Below, piece after piece: positions 37,296-47,210 of a stretch of DNA of 64,000 nucleotides. The DNA lies in contig JBDRMG010000018.1 of NCBI GenBank assembly GCA_043812495.1, positions 7,651 to 71,650 on the forward strand, given 5' to 3'. The notes beneath the pieces were generated by a model that searched no databases, had not been told where the DNA came from, and saw only the letters and a list, made by a program, of their open reading frames with translations. The stretch is from Candidatus Omnitrophota bacterium. Lineage in GTDB: Bacteria > Omnitrophota > Gorgyraeia > Zapsychrales > JBDRMG01. The number at the start of each line of letters is the position of its first letter. Positions within the stretch are counted from its first letter, which is position 1. The translations under genes and the position numbers were made by a program.

Positions 37296-37500
37296 TTTTT
37301 CTATTTGCTTGATCCCCGCCCGTCAAAATGGTCAAACAATTTTAATGGGCGGGGTTAATTCAGCCAGTGACTTACGCTTAGCCCCGCTTCTTGCCCCGCC
37401 GTCTGCCTGTCGGCCCGGCCTCGACTCGGCCAAGGGCCGAGGCGGGCAGACAAGCGGCGGGGCAGCGGGGCACGCGTAAGTCACGGCTTCATTAATTTGA
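37296..37500. repeat. Family A element with long GC-rich imperfect hairpin
   Basis: TTTTCTATTTGCTTGATCCCCGCCCGTC...GGGCGGGG, then an outer 11-bp IR gtgacttacgc...gcgtaagtcac enclosing a ~100-bp GC-rich imperfect palindrome (gccccgcttcttgccccgccgtctgcctg...caggcgggcagacaagcggcggggcagcggggc). Local GC is far above the window average. Confidence 0.6.
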
Positions 37501-37573
37501 AGTCATTTTGCACAATCTCAATCTTTGTTAAATTCTTCTCTCTTTTTTCAAAAAATAAGATAAAATATATTTT

Positions 37574-39445
37574 ATGTCAAAGGACAAAATCAGGAAAATA
37601 TTATTGAACGATTTTGCCATCGCTCTTTATTTGCTTGTCCTCTTCCTTTTGAGCCACGGCTACCTGTACGGATGGGACGACCAACACCTTGAAATCCCGC
37701 TTTTAAAAAGTCTCATCGATCCCACGCTCTATGCTCACGATTACTACGTGCAAAGCCTGAAGGCCAATTTTATTACTTATTTTTATCCCCTTCTTGCTCA
37801 CCTCATATCCATCCGTCAGATTCCCGTTGTTTATTTTTGCTTATTCTTACTTTCCCGCTATTTCATGTTTTTCTGGATGTATAAATTTTGGCTTTTGATT
37901 TCCAAAAATCAATCCAAGGCCTTTCTATGCACATTCTCTTTTATTGTTTTGACGCGCGTGGAGCCTTTTCTCTACAGAACCTTTTCTCATCAGGAATTTG
38001 CTTTTGCTTTTATTTTCGCCGCCCTTTACTTCTTTTATAAAGAAAGATTTGTTTTAGCCGCTATCATTTTAGGCCTCAGCGCCAATATTCATGCGCTTTA
38101 TTGCCTTTTTCCGATGATCTACATGGCCTGTTACCTTCTGCTGGCTCATAAAAAGCATGGGTGGGCCATACTTTTTAAATCTTGCGCGACATTTATTCTG
38201 TGTTGTATTCCTCTGTTGATCTGGATTGCGCGTAAAACCCTATCGACTCCCGTACTTCCTGAGCTTTTCGTCGTCGAGAATTGGCTTCCTTTTTACAAAA
38301 TCGTCCTTCCGGATGCCTTCCCTTTTGATCACATCCATTTTGAGGGGGTGACGATTCCCCTCTTAAACTTCTTGATTGCTGCTGAGCTTTATCTTTCTTT
38401 GATTGCGCTCTATTTTCTCAATCATCTTTATAACGAAACGTTTAGATCAAATCAAAAGAATTATGTGATCGCTTGCATGGCTTTCCTCTTCATGGCGCTT
38501 TCTTTTGCCGTGTGCTACATCGTTCCCAATAAATTCTTGATTGATTTGAATCTATTAAGAAATAACGAGTTTTATTTCTTTTTGATCGGGGGATTTACCC
38601 TGTTGCTTTTGCTGGAAACGGTCCAGCGGGAAAAGCTATGGATGGGGTTCTTGCTCTGCATCGTTTATCCTTTTATTTTTGTCGAGAATATCCTCGCAGC
38701 CATCACCGCATGCGCCCTGATTCTCCTTTTCTCTTTGAGGCAACTTTTGAAAAAAGAGAAAACACGACTCATCACATCTTTCATTACGCTTGAATCCATC
38801 TTACTGCTGGGTTGTATAATCCTTTACGGATTTCTTTGTTTTGCTTCGCGGATCACTTTTTATACGAACGGTTTATTGATCTGGCGGGCTCTCTTGGCTC
38901 TTATTCTTTTTTTCGTTTGCGCGCTGCGCCTAAAAAACCAAGACTTGTCTTGCCGGCAATGGTTTGTCATTATCCCGATCATTCTTTTTTCGATGGCCTA
39001 CATGCATGCCTATTACCAGAAAGTCACGGGACAAAACAAGCAGCCCTTTGACACCTTTCAGGAGCGGTGGGAAAACATTCAACATGTGACGGCCCAGAAG
39101 ACACCCAAAGAGGCAATGATTCTTGTTCCTTACGACATGGAGATGGGGGGGGGATTTCGCATTTTTTCCGAACGCAGCGTTGTTTGTTCCTATCGTGACA
39201 TCGGGATTATCGGCTTTGATCTTGCGGCGGCACTCGAATGGCAAAAAAGAATTAAGGATATCGAGCCTTTTCGTATCCGAAGGCAATCATCCATTATTCC
39301 CGCCGTGGGTAAGGCCGTCTCGCGTTATAAGGCCGATTATATTGTTTTTATGAATTACTATGCCCCTCAGCCCAATGACACTTTTGAGCTGATCTATGCC
39401 AATCGAGATTTTTCGCTCTTTAAGATCAACAAAATGCGCCGCTGA
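37574..39445 (+). CDS. Large polytopic membrane protein (>=12 TM) with C-terminal soluble domain; function unknown, possibly a glycosyl/mannosyl-transferase-like protein
   Basis: 623 aa, highly hydrophobic (F/L/I/Y-rich) first ~480 aa, then a ~140-aa soluble tail. Contains a G9 homopolymer at 39145-39153. Only plus-strand gene of note in the window. Confidence 0.55.
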   Translation: MSKDKIRKILLNDFAIALYLLVLFLLSHGYLYGWDDQHLEIPLLKSLIDPTLYAHDYYVQSLKANFITYFYPLLAHLISIRQIPVVYFCLFLLSRYFMFFWMYKFWLLISKNQSKAFLCTFSFIVLTRVEPFLYRTFSHQEFAFAFIFAALYFFYKERFVLAAIILGLSANIHALYCLFPMIYMACYLLLAHKKHGWAILFKSCATFILCCIPLLIWIARKTLSTPVLPELFVVENWLPFYKIVLPDAFPFDHIHFEGVTIPLLNFLIAAELYLSLIALYFLNHLYNETFRSNQKNYVIACMAFLFMALSFAVCYIVPNKFLIDLNLLRNNEFYFFLIGGFTLLLLLETVQREKLWMGFLLCIVYPFIFVENILAAITACALILLFSLRQLLKKEKTRLITSFITLESILLLGCIILYGFLCFASRITFYTNGLLIWRALLALILFFVCALRLKNQDLSCRQWFVIIPIILFSMAYMHAYYQKVTGQNKQPFDTFQERWENIQHVTAQKTPKEAMILVPYDMEMGGGFRIFSERSVVCSYRDIGIIGFDLAAALEWQKRIKDIEPFRIRRQSSIIPAVGKAVSRYKADYIVFMNYYAPQPNDTFELIYANRDFSLFKINKMRR

Positions 39446-39538
39446 CCATCCTTAGGAAAAAAGGACATCCAAACCTTCTTTTGTTAAATTTCTCAAAAAT
39501 CTTTTCTTTAAACAATCAATTTATTGTAGAATAAAACT

Positions 39539-39883
39539 ATGTCCTTCAATGATGTGATGATGAAAATTCGGCATTGGGATAACCGAGCCGCCAAGTGGAT
39601 GGTGCGCCACTTTTATCTTTTATTTTTTGAGGTTTTGCTGGGTATTATCTTCGTTATTTTTTTCGTTATTTCTATTCATGCCATTGACGTCGGGATTGAT
39701 GCGGCTAAAGAAGGCATTGTTGAGCGCCTTTTGATGCTGCAGACATTCGGTCTTTCTGTTCTTATCCTTCTCATGCTCATGAATTCCTTCTGGATGCTTT
39801 ATATTTTTAACAGCATCCTGCGCATCCGCACGCTTTTGAAGGAGCTTAATTTTCATTTCTCGCGAAGGCATCCCCGCGGATAA
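39539..39883 (+). CDS. Small membrane protein (2-3 TM), hypothetical
   Basis: 114 aa. Hydrophobic helices LLFFEVLLGIIFVIFFVISI and LSVLILLMLMNSFWMLYIF. No recognisable motif. Confidence 0.35.
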   Translation: MSFNDVMMKIRHWDNRAAKWMVRHFYLLFFEVLLGIIFVIFFVISIHAIDVGIDAAKEGIVERLLMLQTFGLSVLILLMLMNSFWMLYIFNSILRIRTLLKELNFHFSRRHPRG

Positions 39884-39958
39884 ATTTTCACTATCTAGAC
39901 GAATTCGTTCTTATCCCCTCATTTCTTGTTTGAAGTGAAGCGGGCAGGTTGAGCGTTT

Positions 39959-41185
39959 CTAGAAATATTCCTGATACCACTCTTTGACGGAATTCATCAG
40001 GCGGCCGATAGGTGTTGTGTGTTCGCCTGAAGTTAAGGCAGGCTGCAGAGATTGATCAAATCCGCTTTGAGCTAAACCCACAGCGGCCGAATAAACCGCC
40101 GGGCTGTTTAATCGATTGGCGGCGCAGTTCGTCTTTCCTAAGGCCACCGGAAGATGGACAGCTTTTTCGATGCGTTCGATCAACCCGGGAAGAAGCGAAC
40201 CACCGCCAACCATCACAACTCCTGATTCGATGGTTTCGTAAAATTTAGAGCATTTGATCGTGTTTTCGATGCAATTGACTAGTCGGGCAATCTCGGGTTC
40301 AACGGATTGGTATACGCTTTTTCGTTTGATGGGCATATATTCCGTCTCTCGCTTAACAAGAATTTCTCTATTTGGCTGGGAATCTTCATCCACAGCGGCT
40401 GCGTAGGATTTTTTGATTTCCTCAGCCAGGCCTAAAGGCAGATTCAAGGTCTTGGCTAAGCAGGCCGTCACATGGTCACCGCCTAAATGAATAACGTCCA
40501 ACTCCTTTAAGAATCCCTCTTGATAAATCAATATATCCGTTGTGCCTGAACCGATATCAATCAGCGCGCATCCTTTCTCCTTCATTTTCTTATTCAAGGA
40601 GGCTTCGCCGGCACAAAGACTCGAAAAGGCTACTTTCGCAACTTCATACCCAGCCTGATGAACAGCTTTAGCGATATTATTCACCAGGTTGGCTTTGCAA
40701 ATCATAAGAAGAAAACGTGCCCCGAGCTTGTGGCCAACCAAGCCAATAGGATTTCTGACGGCCTCATTATCATCCACGATATAGTTCTGAGAGAAGCCGT
40801 GCAGAATTTCTTCCTCGATATTAACGCCCAAAAGACAAGTCTGCTTGTTAACCTTTTTGACATCACTCGTTAAAATAATTTTGTTTCCTCGATCGACAAG
40901 AGGAATCATGGTATCAGAAAAACGGGATTCGATGAGGTGCCCGCCGATGCCAAGGTTCACATCTTTGACTTTGCATGAGGCTTTCTTCATCAATCCTTTT
41001 AAGCAATAATGAATGCAATCCGCGAGCTCTCCTAAATCATTCACCGTAGATTTACCCAGACCCCGCGTCAGGGATTCGTTAACCCCCAAAAGCTCGCAAT
41101 GGTCTTTTTTGCGGCGGATGAGACTCGCCTTAATCCGCTGAGAACCGATATCGCATCCACAAAATATTTTTTCTCCGATCATCAT
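39959..41185 (-). CDS. ftsA: Cell division protein FtsA
   Basis: Actin-fold ATPase. ...CGCDIGSQRIKASL..., ...ALIDIGSGTTDILIY..., ...GVVMVGGGSLLPGLIERIEKAVHLPVALG. Confidence 0.9.
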   Translation of the reverse strand: MMIGEKIFCGCDIGSQRIKASLIRRKKDHCELLGVNESLTRGLGKSTVNDLGELADCIHYCLKGLMKKASCKVKDVNLGIGGHLIESRFSDTMIPLVDRGNKIILTSDVKKVNKQTCLLGVNIEEEILHGFSQNYIVDDNEAVRNPIGLVGHKLGARFLLMICKANLVNNIAKAVHQAGYEVAKVAFSSLCAGEASLNKKMKEKGCALIDIGSGTTDILIYQEGFLKELDVIHLGGDHVTACLAKTLNLPLGLAEEIKKSYAAAVDEDSQPNREILVKRETEYMPIKRKSVYQSVEPEIARLVNCIENTIKCSKFYETIESGVVMVGGGSLLPGLIERIEKAVHLPVALGKTNCAANRLNSPAVYSAAVGLAQSGFDQSLQPALTSGEHTTPIGRLMNSVKEWYQEYF

Positions 41186-41940
41186 TTTTTGCCTAAAGGT
41201 TTGGTGAACCTCACATCAATTTTATTCATCACGCTTAAGTCCTTTTGTCCTTGCGACAAAATCAGTCCGCATTGTTTAATTTTTTCAGGGATATTCTCTT
41301 GGCCGATGACAATCATGATGCCGCCTGTAAGAAACATTTCTATCTCCGTTAAACGGCCAACATCCAGTCTTTCGATGCGATAATTTGATAAGTTGGATTC
41401 GTCACGAAAAGTTTCTATAATAAAAACAGCGACACGCAAGCGGCTATCCTTAATCCTGCGGCCCACATTGAGGCTGTCTTGGTCCAGAGAAAGCCCCTCG
41501 ATGATGGGCAATACAAAGGAAGAAGCTTTTGGGTCGGATAAAACAACGAGTTCTTTATCGATGATAACGGTTTTTCCATTGATTTTGACGCGGACAAAAG
41601 GGAGGCGCTCTTTGGCTGTAACGTAAATTGTATTAGGAAAACGACGAGTGATGCGCAGCTTTGCAATGTCCGGGTAGCGCGCTTGGACTTGATTCTGTAT
41701 CTTTTGAAGATTAACGGAAAATATGCTTTTTCCTTCCAGCTCTCTCAGTTCGCGAGAAGCAATAAATTTCAATGAAGGATCGAAATCAACCTTTTGAATG
41801 GTAAAATAATCCATTTCTTTTGCCAAGCGGATGATTTTTTGCCACGCCACAAAGACCAAAAAGACGACAACAAGGCCAATGATCAACTTGGTTACAAAAG
41901 CATTCGGCATCTTGGAGGTTTTTCTATTTCTTCTTTTCAT
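41182..41940 (-). CDS. ftsQ: Cell division protein FtsQ/DivIB (POTRA)
   Basis: 252 aa. N-terminal TM LIIGLVVVFLVFVAW. POTRA-like region following. Located between ddl and ftsA. Confidence 0.75.
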   Translation of the reverse strand: MKRRNRKTSKMPNAFVTKLIIGLVVVFLVFVAWQKIIRLAKEMDYFTIQKVDFDPSLKFIASRELRELEGKSIFSVNLQKIQNQVQARYPDIAKLRITRRFPNTIYVTAKERLPFVRVKINGKTVIIDKELVVLSDPKASSFVLPIIEGLSLDQDSLNVGRRIKDSRLRVAVFIIETFRDESNLSNYRIERLDVGRLTEIEMFLTGGIMIVIGQENIPEKIKQCGLILSQGQKDLSVMNKIDVRFTKPLGKK

Positions 41941-42916
41941 GGGCTAAATCGATTAATTTTAAGCATAATTGAGTAAAACTGAAGCCTTGTATTTTTGCCG
42001 CTTTGGGCAAGAGACTTGTCGAGGTAAATCCGGGAATGGTATTGACTTCCAGAACAAATGGTTGTTGTTGTTCGTCCACCATCATATCAACCCGTGAAAA
42101 ATCCCTGCACCCCAATGCCTGATGCGCTCTTAAAGCCAGCCTTTTGAGTTGATCGCTCAAATTTTGAGGAATCTCCGCCGGGACAATATATTCGGTCATG
42201 CCCTCTTGATATTTGGCCGTAAAATCAAAGAAAGATCGTTTGGGCTTAATCTCGATGACCGGGAGAGCTTCTTCGTTCAGAATACCGACCGTCATCTCCC
42301 GTCCTTCGATCAATCGCTCCACCAAAACATCCGGACCAAATTGAAAAGCCAATTTCAAAGCTTTTCGTAGATCGCGTGAGTTGTCGGCAAAAGATATGCC
42401 TATACTGGAGCCTTCCATGGCCGGCTTAACAACAACGGGGAACTCGCGAAGCTCCTCAATCATGCTGGATATTTTTCGCTTCTGATTTTGATGCGCAACC
42501 CAGAAAGGCGCAATAGGAATCTGGTGTTTTTGGAAAATCTCCTGAGAAATAATTTTGTTGAGGGCCTGGCCACTGGCCCGAGGCCCTGAGCCGGTATAGG
42601 GAATCTTGAGGTCCTCCAAAATCGATTGGATTGTTCCGTCCTCCCCCAATTTGCCATGCAGCGCAATAAAGGCCACATTGATGCCTGATTTTCGTATCAA
42701 TGTTTTTATGGCCTGATGGTTCTTCGCACGGATATCAAGGTCACTGACCCAACAACCGCATTCTTTCAGAGCCGCAAATATCGCTTTTCCGCTTTTTAAA
42801 GATATCTCGCGTTCCGAAGAATAGCCCCCCATGAGAACGCCGATGTGGCCGATAGAAGATTGATCATCGTTCATTGATTTTTTTAAAGACGAAGCGATTT
42901 TACGTTTTGGGGGCAT
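41924..42916 (-). CDS. ddl: D-alanine--D-alanine ligase
   Basis: ...HIGVLMGGYSSEREISLKSG..., ...VFIALHGKLGEDGTIQSILEDLKIPYTGSG..., ATP-grasp C-terminal region ...FSRVDMMVDEQQQPFVLEVNTIPGFT. Confidence 0.9.
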   Translation of the reverse strand: MPPKRKIASSLKKSMNDDQSSIGHIGVLMGGYSSEREISLKSGKAIFAALKECGCWVSDLDIRAKNHQAIKTLIRKSGINVAFIALHGKLGEDGTIQSILEDLKIPYTGSGPRASGQALNKIISQEIFQKHQIPIAPFWVAHQNQKRKISSMIEELREFPVVVKPAMEGSSIGISFADNSRDLRKALKLAFQFGPDVLVERLIEGREMTVGILNEEALPVIEIKPKRSFFDFTAKYQEGMTEYIVPAEIPQNLSDQLKRLALRAHQALGCRDFSRVDMMVDEQQQPFVLEVNTIPGFTSTSLLPKAAKIQGFSFTQLCLKLIDLAHEKKK

Positions 42917-44276
42917 AGACTTGATTAAACTTCTCGGCCAACTGATCCGAAATCTGATTGATATCTCCGGCTCCCAAAGTCAAAATGAGGTCACCTTCTC
43001 TGGCCATATTGAAGAGATGATCCGTTATCAGCTCTTTTCTTATGTATTCGACGGGCATTCTGTTTAATTTCTTTATTTTTTCATACAGAACTTTAGCGGA
43101 TACTCCCGGAATCGGCTTCTCGCTCGCCGCATAGATATCCGTTATGATCAGATGATCGCTCAAGCATAAAGGCTCGATAAAATCATTCAATAACAGTTTT
43201 GTTCGGCTATAGCGATGAGGCTGAAAAGCCACGATGAGTCTTTTGCGCCCAAAGGACCGGGCGGCCTTTAACGTGGCTTGGATTTCCGTCGGATGGTGAC
43301 CGTAATCATCCACCACCAGAATTCCCTGGGTATCGGCTTTGAGCTGAAAACGACGCTGAACTCCTTCGTATTTATTCAAACTCATATTGATCACATCAAA
43401 ATCGATATGAAGTGCCATCCCCAGACAAATGCACGCCAAGGCATTAAGAATATTGTGATGGCCGGGCACCCGAAGCGTCACAAACCCGATATCCTTTTGA
43501 TGATAAATGCAGCGAAAGCGGCTTGTAAATCCATCCACGCTGATATCCTTGGCATAGACATCGGCTTCTTCGCTTAAATCATAACTGGTGTACTCGCGCT
43601 TACTTTCCTTTAATAATTGCGCTAGATAGGGATCGCCCGCATAGGTAAAAATGCGGCCGTCAAAATTGGTTTGGTCGATGAATTTCCTATAGGCCTTCAA
43701 AAGCTTTTCAAATGTCCCATAATAATCCAAATGTTCCCGGTCGATATTGGTTATCACGGAGTAATACGGCGAGAAATTCAAGAAGGATCCGTCGCTTTCA
43801 TCGACTTCGGCCACAAAATAATGTCCTTTGCCCAAAGAGGCCGCATAGGTCTGGCCTTGGATAATTCCGCCGACAGCCGTCGTGGGCTCCAACCCGGCTT
43901 TGATCAGAAGATGAGATATCATGGATGTCGTTGTCGTCTTGCCATGGGCCCCGGCGACCGTAATGCATTTTTGGCCGCTGGCCAAGTTCGCCAACATCTG
44001 CGCGCGCTGAAAGAGGGTAATCTTCTTTTGTTTGGCTATTTTGATTTCCGGATTATCCGATTTTACGGCCGAGGAATAGATCACGACATCGGCATCGCCC
44101 ACATGATCCGCCTGATGCCCGATAAAGATCACAGCTCCCTTTTCTTTCAAATCATGCGTGATCTTGTTTTCTTTGACATCGGATCCCGATACGCGATGAC
44201 CTTTGGCCAGAAGCAAAGACGCGATCGCGCCCATACCGATTCCGCCGATGCCCACAAAATGAAAATGCTTACTCAT
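42900..44276 (-). CDS. murC: UDP-N-acetylmuramate--L-alanine ligase
   Basis: MSKHFHFVGIGGIGMGAIASLL...GSD.... Mur ligase middle domain ...VAGAHGKTTTTSMISHLL.... Start trimmed to MSKHF. Confidence 0.9.
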   Translation of the reverse strand: MSKHFHFVGIGGIGMGAIASLLLAKGHRVSGSDVKENKITHDLKEKGAVIFIGHQADHVGDADVVIYSSAVKSDNPEIKIAKQKKITLFQRAQMLANLASGQKCITVAGAHGKTTTTSMISHLLIKAGLEPTTAVGGIIQGQTYAASLGKGHYFVAEVDESDGSFLNFSPYYSVITNIDREHLDYYGTFEKLLKAYRKFIDQTNFDGRIFTYAGDPYLAQLLKESKREYTSYDLSEEADVYAKDISVDGFTSRFRCIYHQKDIGFVTLRVPGHHNILNALACICLGMALHIDFDVINMSLNKYEGVQRRFQLKADTQGILVVDDYGHHPTEIQATLKAARSFGRKRLIVAFQPHRYSRTKLLLNDFIEPLCLSDHLIITDIYAASEKPIPGVSAKVLYEKIKKLNRMPVEYIRKELITDHLFNMAREGDLILTLGAGDINQISDQLAEKFNQVYAPKT

Positions 44277-45055
44277 TGTCTTTTTAAATAATCTTTCCAC
44301 GCCTTATCCAGATCTTCAAGAGTCTCGAATCGGCCATAGGTCTTGGACAAGGCATAATCAAAACGGTTCCCCTCTTTGAGATATTTACAAAATTGAACAA
44401 AATGGTATTGCCCGAACTCTGTGATTAGATAATAAACAATGCTTGCCGCTTCCGCGTAAAATAGCTCAACATAACCCTTGGGTGTCGCGCTGTCTAATCG
44501 CTTAACCTCTGACAATTCGGGGATTGAGATAAATTCTTCACTGTCCATAGCTTCTTTAACCAGACGATTGGCACCCCAGCGTTTGGCTTTTTCCTGATAC
44601 ATAGCCACCCCTTCGTCCATCCAAATAGGGATATTGGATTTAAATCCAACAAATTCCCGAAAAATGATGTGACCGAGCTCGTGCGGTAAGGTCGAATCAA
44701 AGAATCCGTGAGCAGCAGGAAAAGTTCGTATAATTTTATCTTTAGCCTGAGCGGCCCCGTGCGACCACGTCGCCTGCTTGGCGTTCTCTATATAATTATC
44801 CATATCGTCATAAATATATATTTGGGCGCGCTGATCCCACGACCAGCTCTCGGTCCGATAGAATCCAAGATTTTTTGTGATTTCGTAATAATAATTTTCC
44901 GCTGTTTCTGCGACTGATTTAATAAAATCCTCCGGGGCCTCATCATAATAGAGGATAAAATGACTGCTACGATATTCCTTCCAATTGTCTGCGGCGCTGG
45001 CTGGATTCAATCCGAAGAGAAACAGAATCAACGTAAGCAGAAATGTCGTTTTCAT
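44273..45055 (-). CDS. Secreted HExxH zinc-peptidase-like protein (peptidase MA-like), paralogue of 2747..3556, embedded in the dcw cluster
   Basis: Start set to MKTTFLLTLILFLFGLNPASA (signal peptide). ATG overlaps the murG stop (TAATG), with AAGGGA upstream. STLPHELGHIIFREFVGFKSNIPIWMDEGVAMYQE gives HExxH + E. Collinear similarity to the first paralogue (…HF(I/I)(V/L)YY…, …DEG(I/V)A(Q/M)(L/Y)(Y/Q)EK…). Confidence 0.6.
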   Translation of the reverse strand: MKTTFLLTLILFLFGLNPASAADNWKEYRSSHFILYYDEAPEDFIKSVAETAENYYYEITKNLGFYRTESWSWDQRAQIYIYDDMDNYIENAKQATWSHGAAQAKDKIIRTFPAAHGFFDSTLPHELGHIIFREFVGFKSNIPIWMDEGVAMYQEKAKRWGANRLVKEAMDSEEFISIPELSEVKRLDSATPKGYVELFYAEAASIVYYLITEFGQYHFVQFCKYLKEGNRFDYALSKTYGRFETLEDLDKAWKDYLKRQ

Positions 45056-46122
45056 TAGGCCAATTCCCTTATGACTTTTGCAACATTCTTTGCCGCCTCG
45101 GGCAAGAAGAGTTGACGTATTTTTTGGCTTATGGCTTGCGGACGATTCCCCAACCAATGCATCACTTCTTCCATTAAAATTTTTTCCGAAAGATCCTTCT
45201 CTTCTATGACCTTAGCCAGACCTGCCTGCTTGAGAACTTTTGCATTCTCTTTTTGGTGTCCTTGCGCAAAAGGATACGGGATAATGACGGCAGGGATTTC
45301 AAAGTCAGCGATCTCCGTTATGGTCGCAGCCCCCGCCCGGGAAATCACGCAATCCGCGATTTCGTAGGCCTCTTGCACGTTATCCAAGAAGTCTGTTAAA
45401 TAATAAACAAGATTCAGCTGCTTATATCTTTCTTTTATTTTATCAAAATCCAACTTACCCGCACTATGAATCACTTGAAAATTGCACGGCGTCTTCAAGG
45501 CGCTTATTCCCTGAATAAACGTTTCATTGAGGATGGCGCACCCCTGACTTCCCCCTAAAACCATAACGGTTGGCAGGCCTTCGCGCAACTGAAATCTTCT
45601 TAAAATTTCTTGTTTTGATTTTAGGCTTCTCTGGACGTGGACCGGACATCCTGTGTGCAGGGTCTTTTCTTTGTCAAAATATTTTGTGCTCTCCTGAAAG
45701 CTGACCGCGATCTTGTCTGCGAAAACAGAAAGGCATCGATTCGCTCGGCCAGGAATGACATTCTGCTCATGAATCAGCGTCGGCAGCCGAAGAGCGACCG
45801 CACCCATCATAGGAGCAAACGCCCCATATCCTCCAAAACCTACCACAACATCCGGTCTGTGCTTCTTTAAATACTGATAAGATTTGACAATGGCGATTCC
45901 CATATAAATCATGGACTTAATCGACCGAATGGCAGAGCTAAAATGAAGGCCCTGCGCCTTAATGGTTTTGACGTCAAATCCTTCTTCTTTTATTTTTTCT
46001 TCCCAATCCTTAAGCGCCCCTATGAATTCGACGAGATGATGTTCCTTTTTTAATTCCCTTGCAACGCTTAACGCTGGGAAAATATGCCCCCCGCTAGCCC
46101 CCGTTGCCATAATAATTTTCAT
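45055..46122 (-). CDS. murG: UDP-GlcNAc:lipid I GlcNAc transferase MurG
   Basis: MKIIMATGASGGHIFPALSVARELKK... and ...GGSQGC... motifs. Confidence 0.9.
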   Translation of the reverse strand: MKIIMATGASGGHIFPALSVARELKKEHHLVEFIGALKDWEEKIKEEGFDVKTIKAQGLHFSSAIRSIKSMIYMGIAIVKSYQYLKKHRPDVVVGFGGYGAFAPMMGAVALRLPTLIHEQNVIPGRANRCLSVFADKIAVSFQESTKYFDKEKTLHTGCPVHVQRSLKSKQEILRRFQLREGLPTVMVLGGSQGCAILNETFIQGISALKTPCNFQVIHSAGKLDFDKIKERYKQLNLVYYLTDFLDNVQEAYEIADCVISRAGAATITEIADFEIPAVIIPYPFAQGHQKENAKVLKQAGLAKVIEEKDLSEKILMEEVMHWLGNRPQAISQKIRQLFLPEAAKNVAKVIRELA

Positions 46123-47207
46123 AGTTCTTCAATCCGCGAAATATTTAAGAGCAGGCCAATGGCCGTTATGTTTACAATCAACGCCGAACCGCCGTAGCTC
46201 ACAAAGGGTAAAGGCAATCCCTTGGTCGGCAAGGCTCCGATGCTCACGCCGATATTCACAACGGCTTGCAAGCCGATCATCGCCACAATGCCGACGCTTA
46301 AGTAATATCCAAAAGGATCTTGTGTTCTTTTGGCAATTCGCGCGCCCTGCCAGATCAGGAACACAAACAACAGGATAATCGTCATCGTCCCTAAAAGACC
46401 GAGCTCTTCGCCAATGATAGAGAAAATAAAATCCGTGTGGGCCGCCGGTAAATAAAAAAGTTTTTGAAGACTTTTTCCCAGGCCGACGCCTAGCAATCCT
46501 CCGGATCCCAGGGCAATTTGCGATTGGGTCAGCTGAAAACCGATGCCCTGACTATCCTGCCAGGGATCAAGAAACGCAAGAATTCTCCTGAGCCGATAAG
46601 GAACCCGTGCAATCAAAAGGGTGATCGCCGGTATCGCCAAAAGGCAGACCAAACCCAGATGCGCTAAGTTTGTTCCGGCTACAAAAAACATGATCAATAG
46701 GATAAAGGCGATACTGAGCGAAGTCCCAAGGTCAGGCTGTTTTAATATCAATAAGCACACAACACCCAGCACGCCCATCAGTGGCATAAACCCTTGCGTC
46801 AAATCTCTGATTTTATTGCGCTTGCGGGCCAAATAATCAGCGGCATAGATAATCATGACCAATTTGGTAAATTCCGACGGCTGAAAACTAAAACTCCCGA
46901 TTCTAAACCACCGACGGGCTCCATGAATTTCACGTCCGATTCCCGGAATCAAAACCAAGACCAGCAAGGCCAGAGCCATGAGCAATAAGGGTTTTGCATA
47001 TTTTTGCAGTTCCCGGTAATCAAAAGACATCATGATGACGGCGCTCACCAGACCGATCATGACAAAAACCAGATGGCGCTTCAGAAAATAGCCGCTATCG
47101 CCTTCTTCTTGAAGCGCATACACCCCACTTGCGCTAAAAATCATCACAACGCCGATGCAGACTAACATCGACACCATGATGGCTATAGATATTCTTAAAT
47201 CGCGCAT
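46119..47207 (-). CDS. ftsW: Peptidoglycan glycosyltransferase FtsW (SEDS family)
   Basis: 362 aa, 10 TM. ...GIGREIHGARRWFRIGSFSFQPSEFTKL..., ...LPAAHTDFIFSIIGEELGLLG.... Sits between murD and murG. Confidence 0.9.
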   Translation of the reverse strand: MRDLRISIAIMVSMLVCIGVVMIFSASGVYALQEEGDSGYFLKRHLVFVMIGLVSAVIMMSFDYRELQKYAKPLLLMALALLVLVLIPGIGREIHGARRWFRIGSFSFQPSEFTKLVMIIYAADYLARKRNKIRDLTQGFMPLMGVLGVVCLLILKQPDLGTSLSIAFILLIMFFVAGTNLAHLGLVCLLAIPAITLLIARVPYRLRRILAFLDPWQDSQGIGFQLTQSQIALGSGGLLGVGLGKSLQKLFYLPAAHTDFIFSIIGEELGLLGTMTIILLFVFLIWQGARIAKRTQDPFGYYLSVGIVAMIGLQAVVNIGVSIGALPTKGLPLPFVSYGGSALIVNITAIGLLLNISRIEEL

Positions 47208-47210
47208 TGC

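Noticed and set aside
37510-37573. Possible promoter (TTGTTA ... TAAAAT) for the plus-strand membrane-protein gene
   Set aside because: Spacing to the ATG is too short to be convincing and the region is generally AT-rich. Left unannotated.
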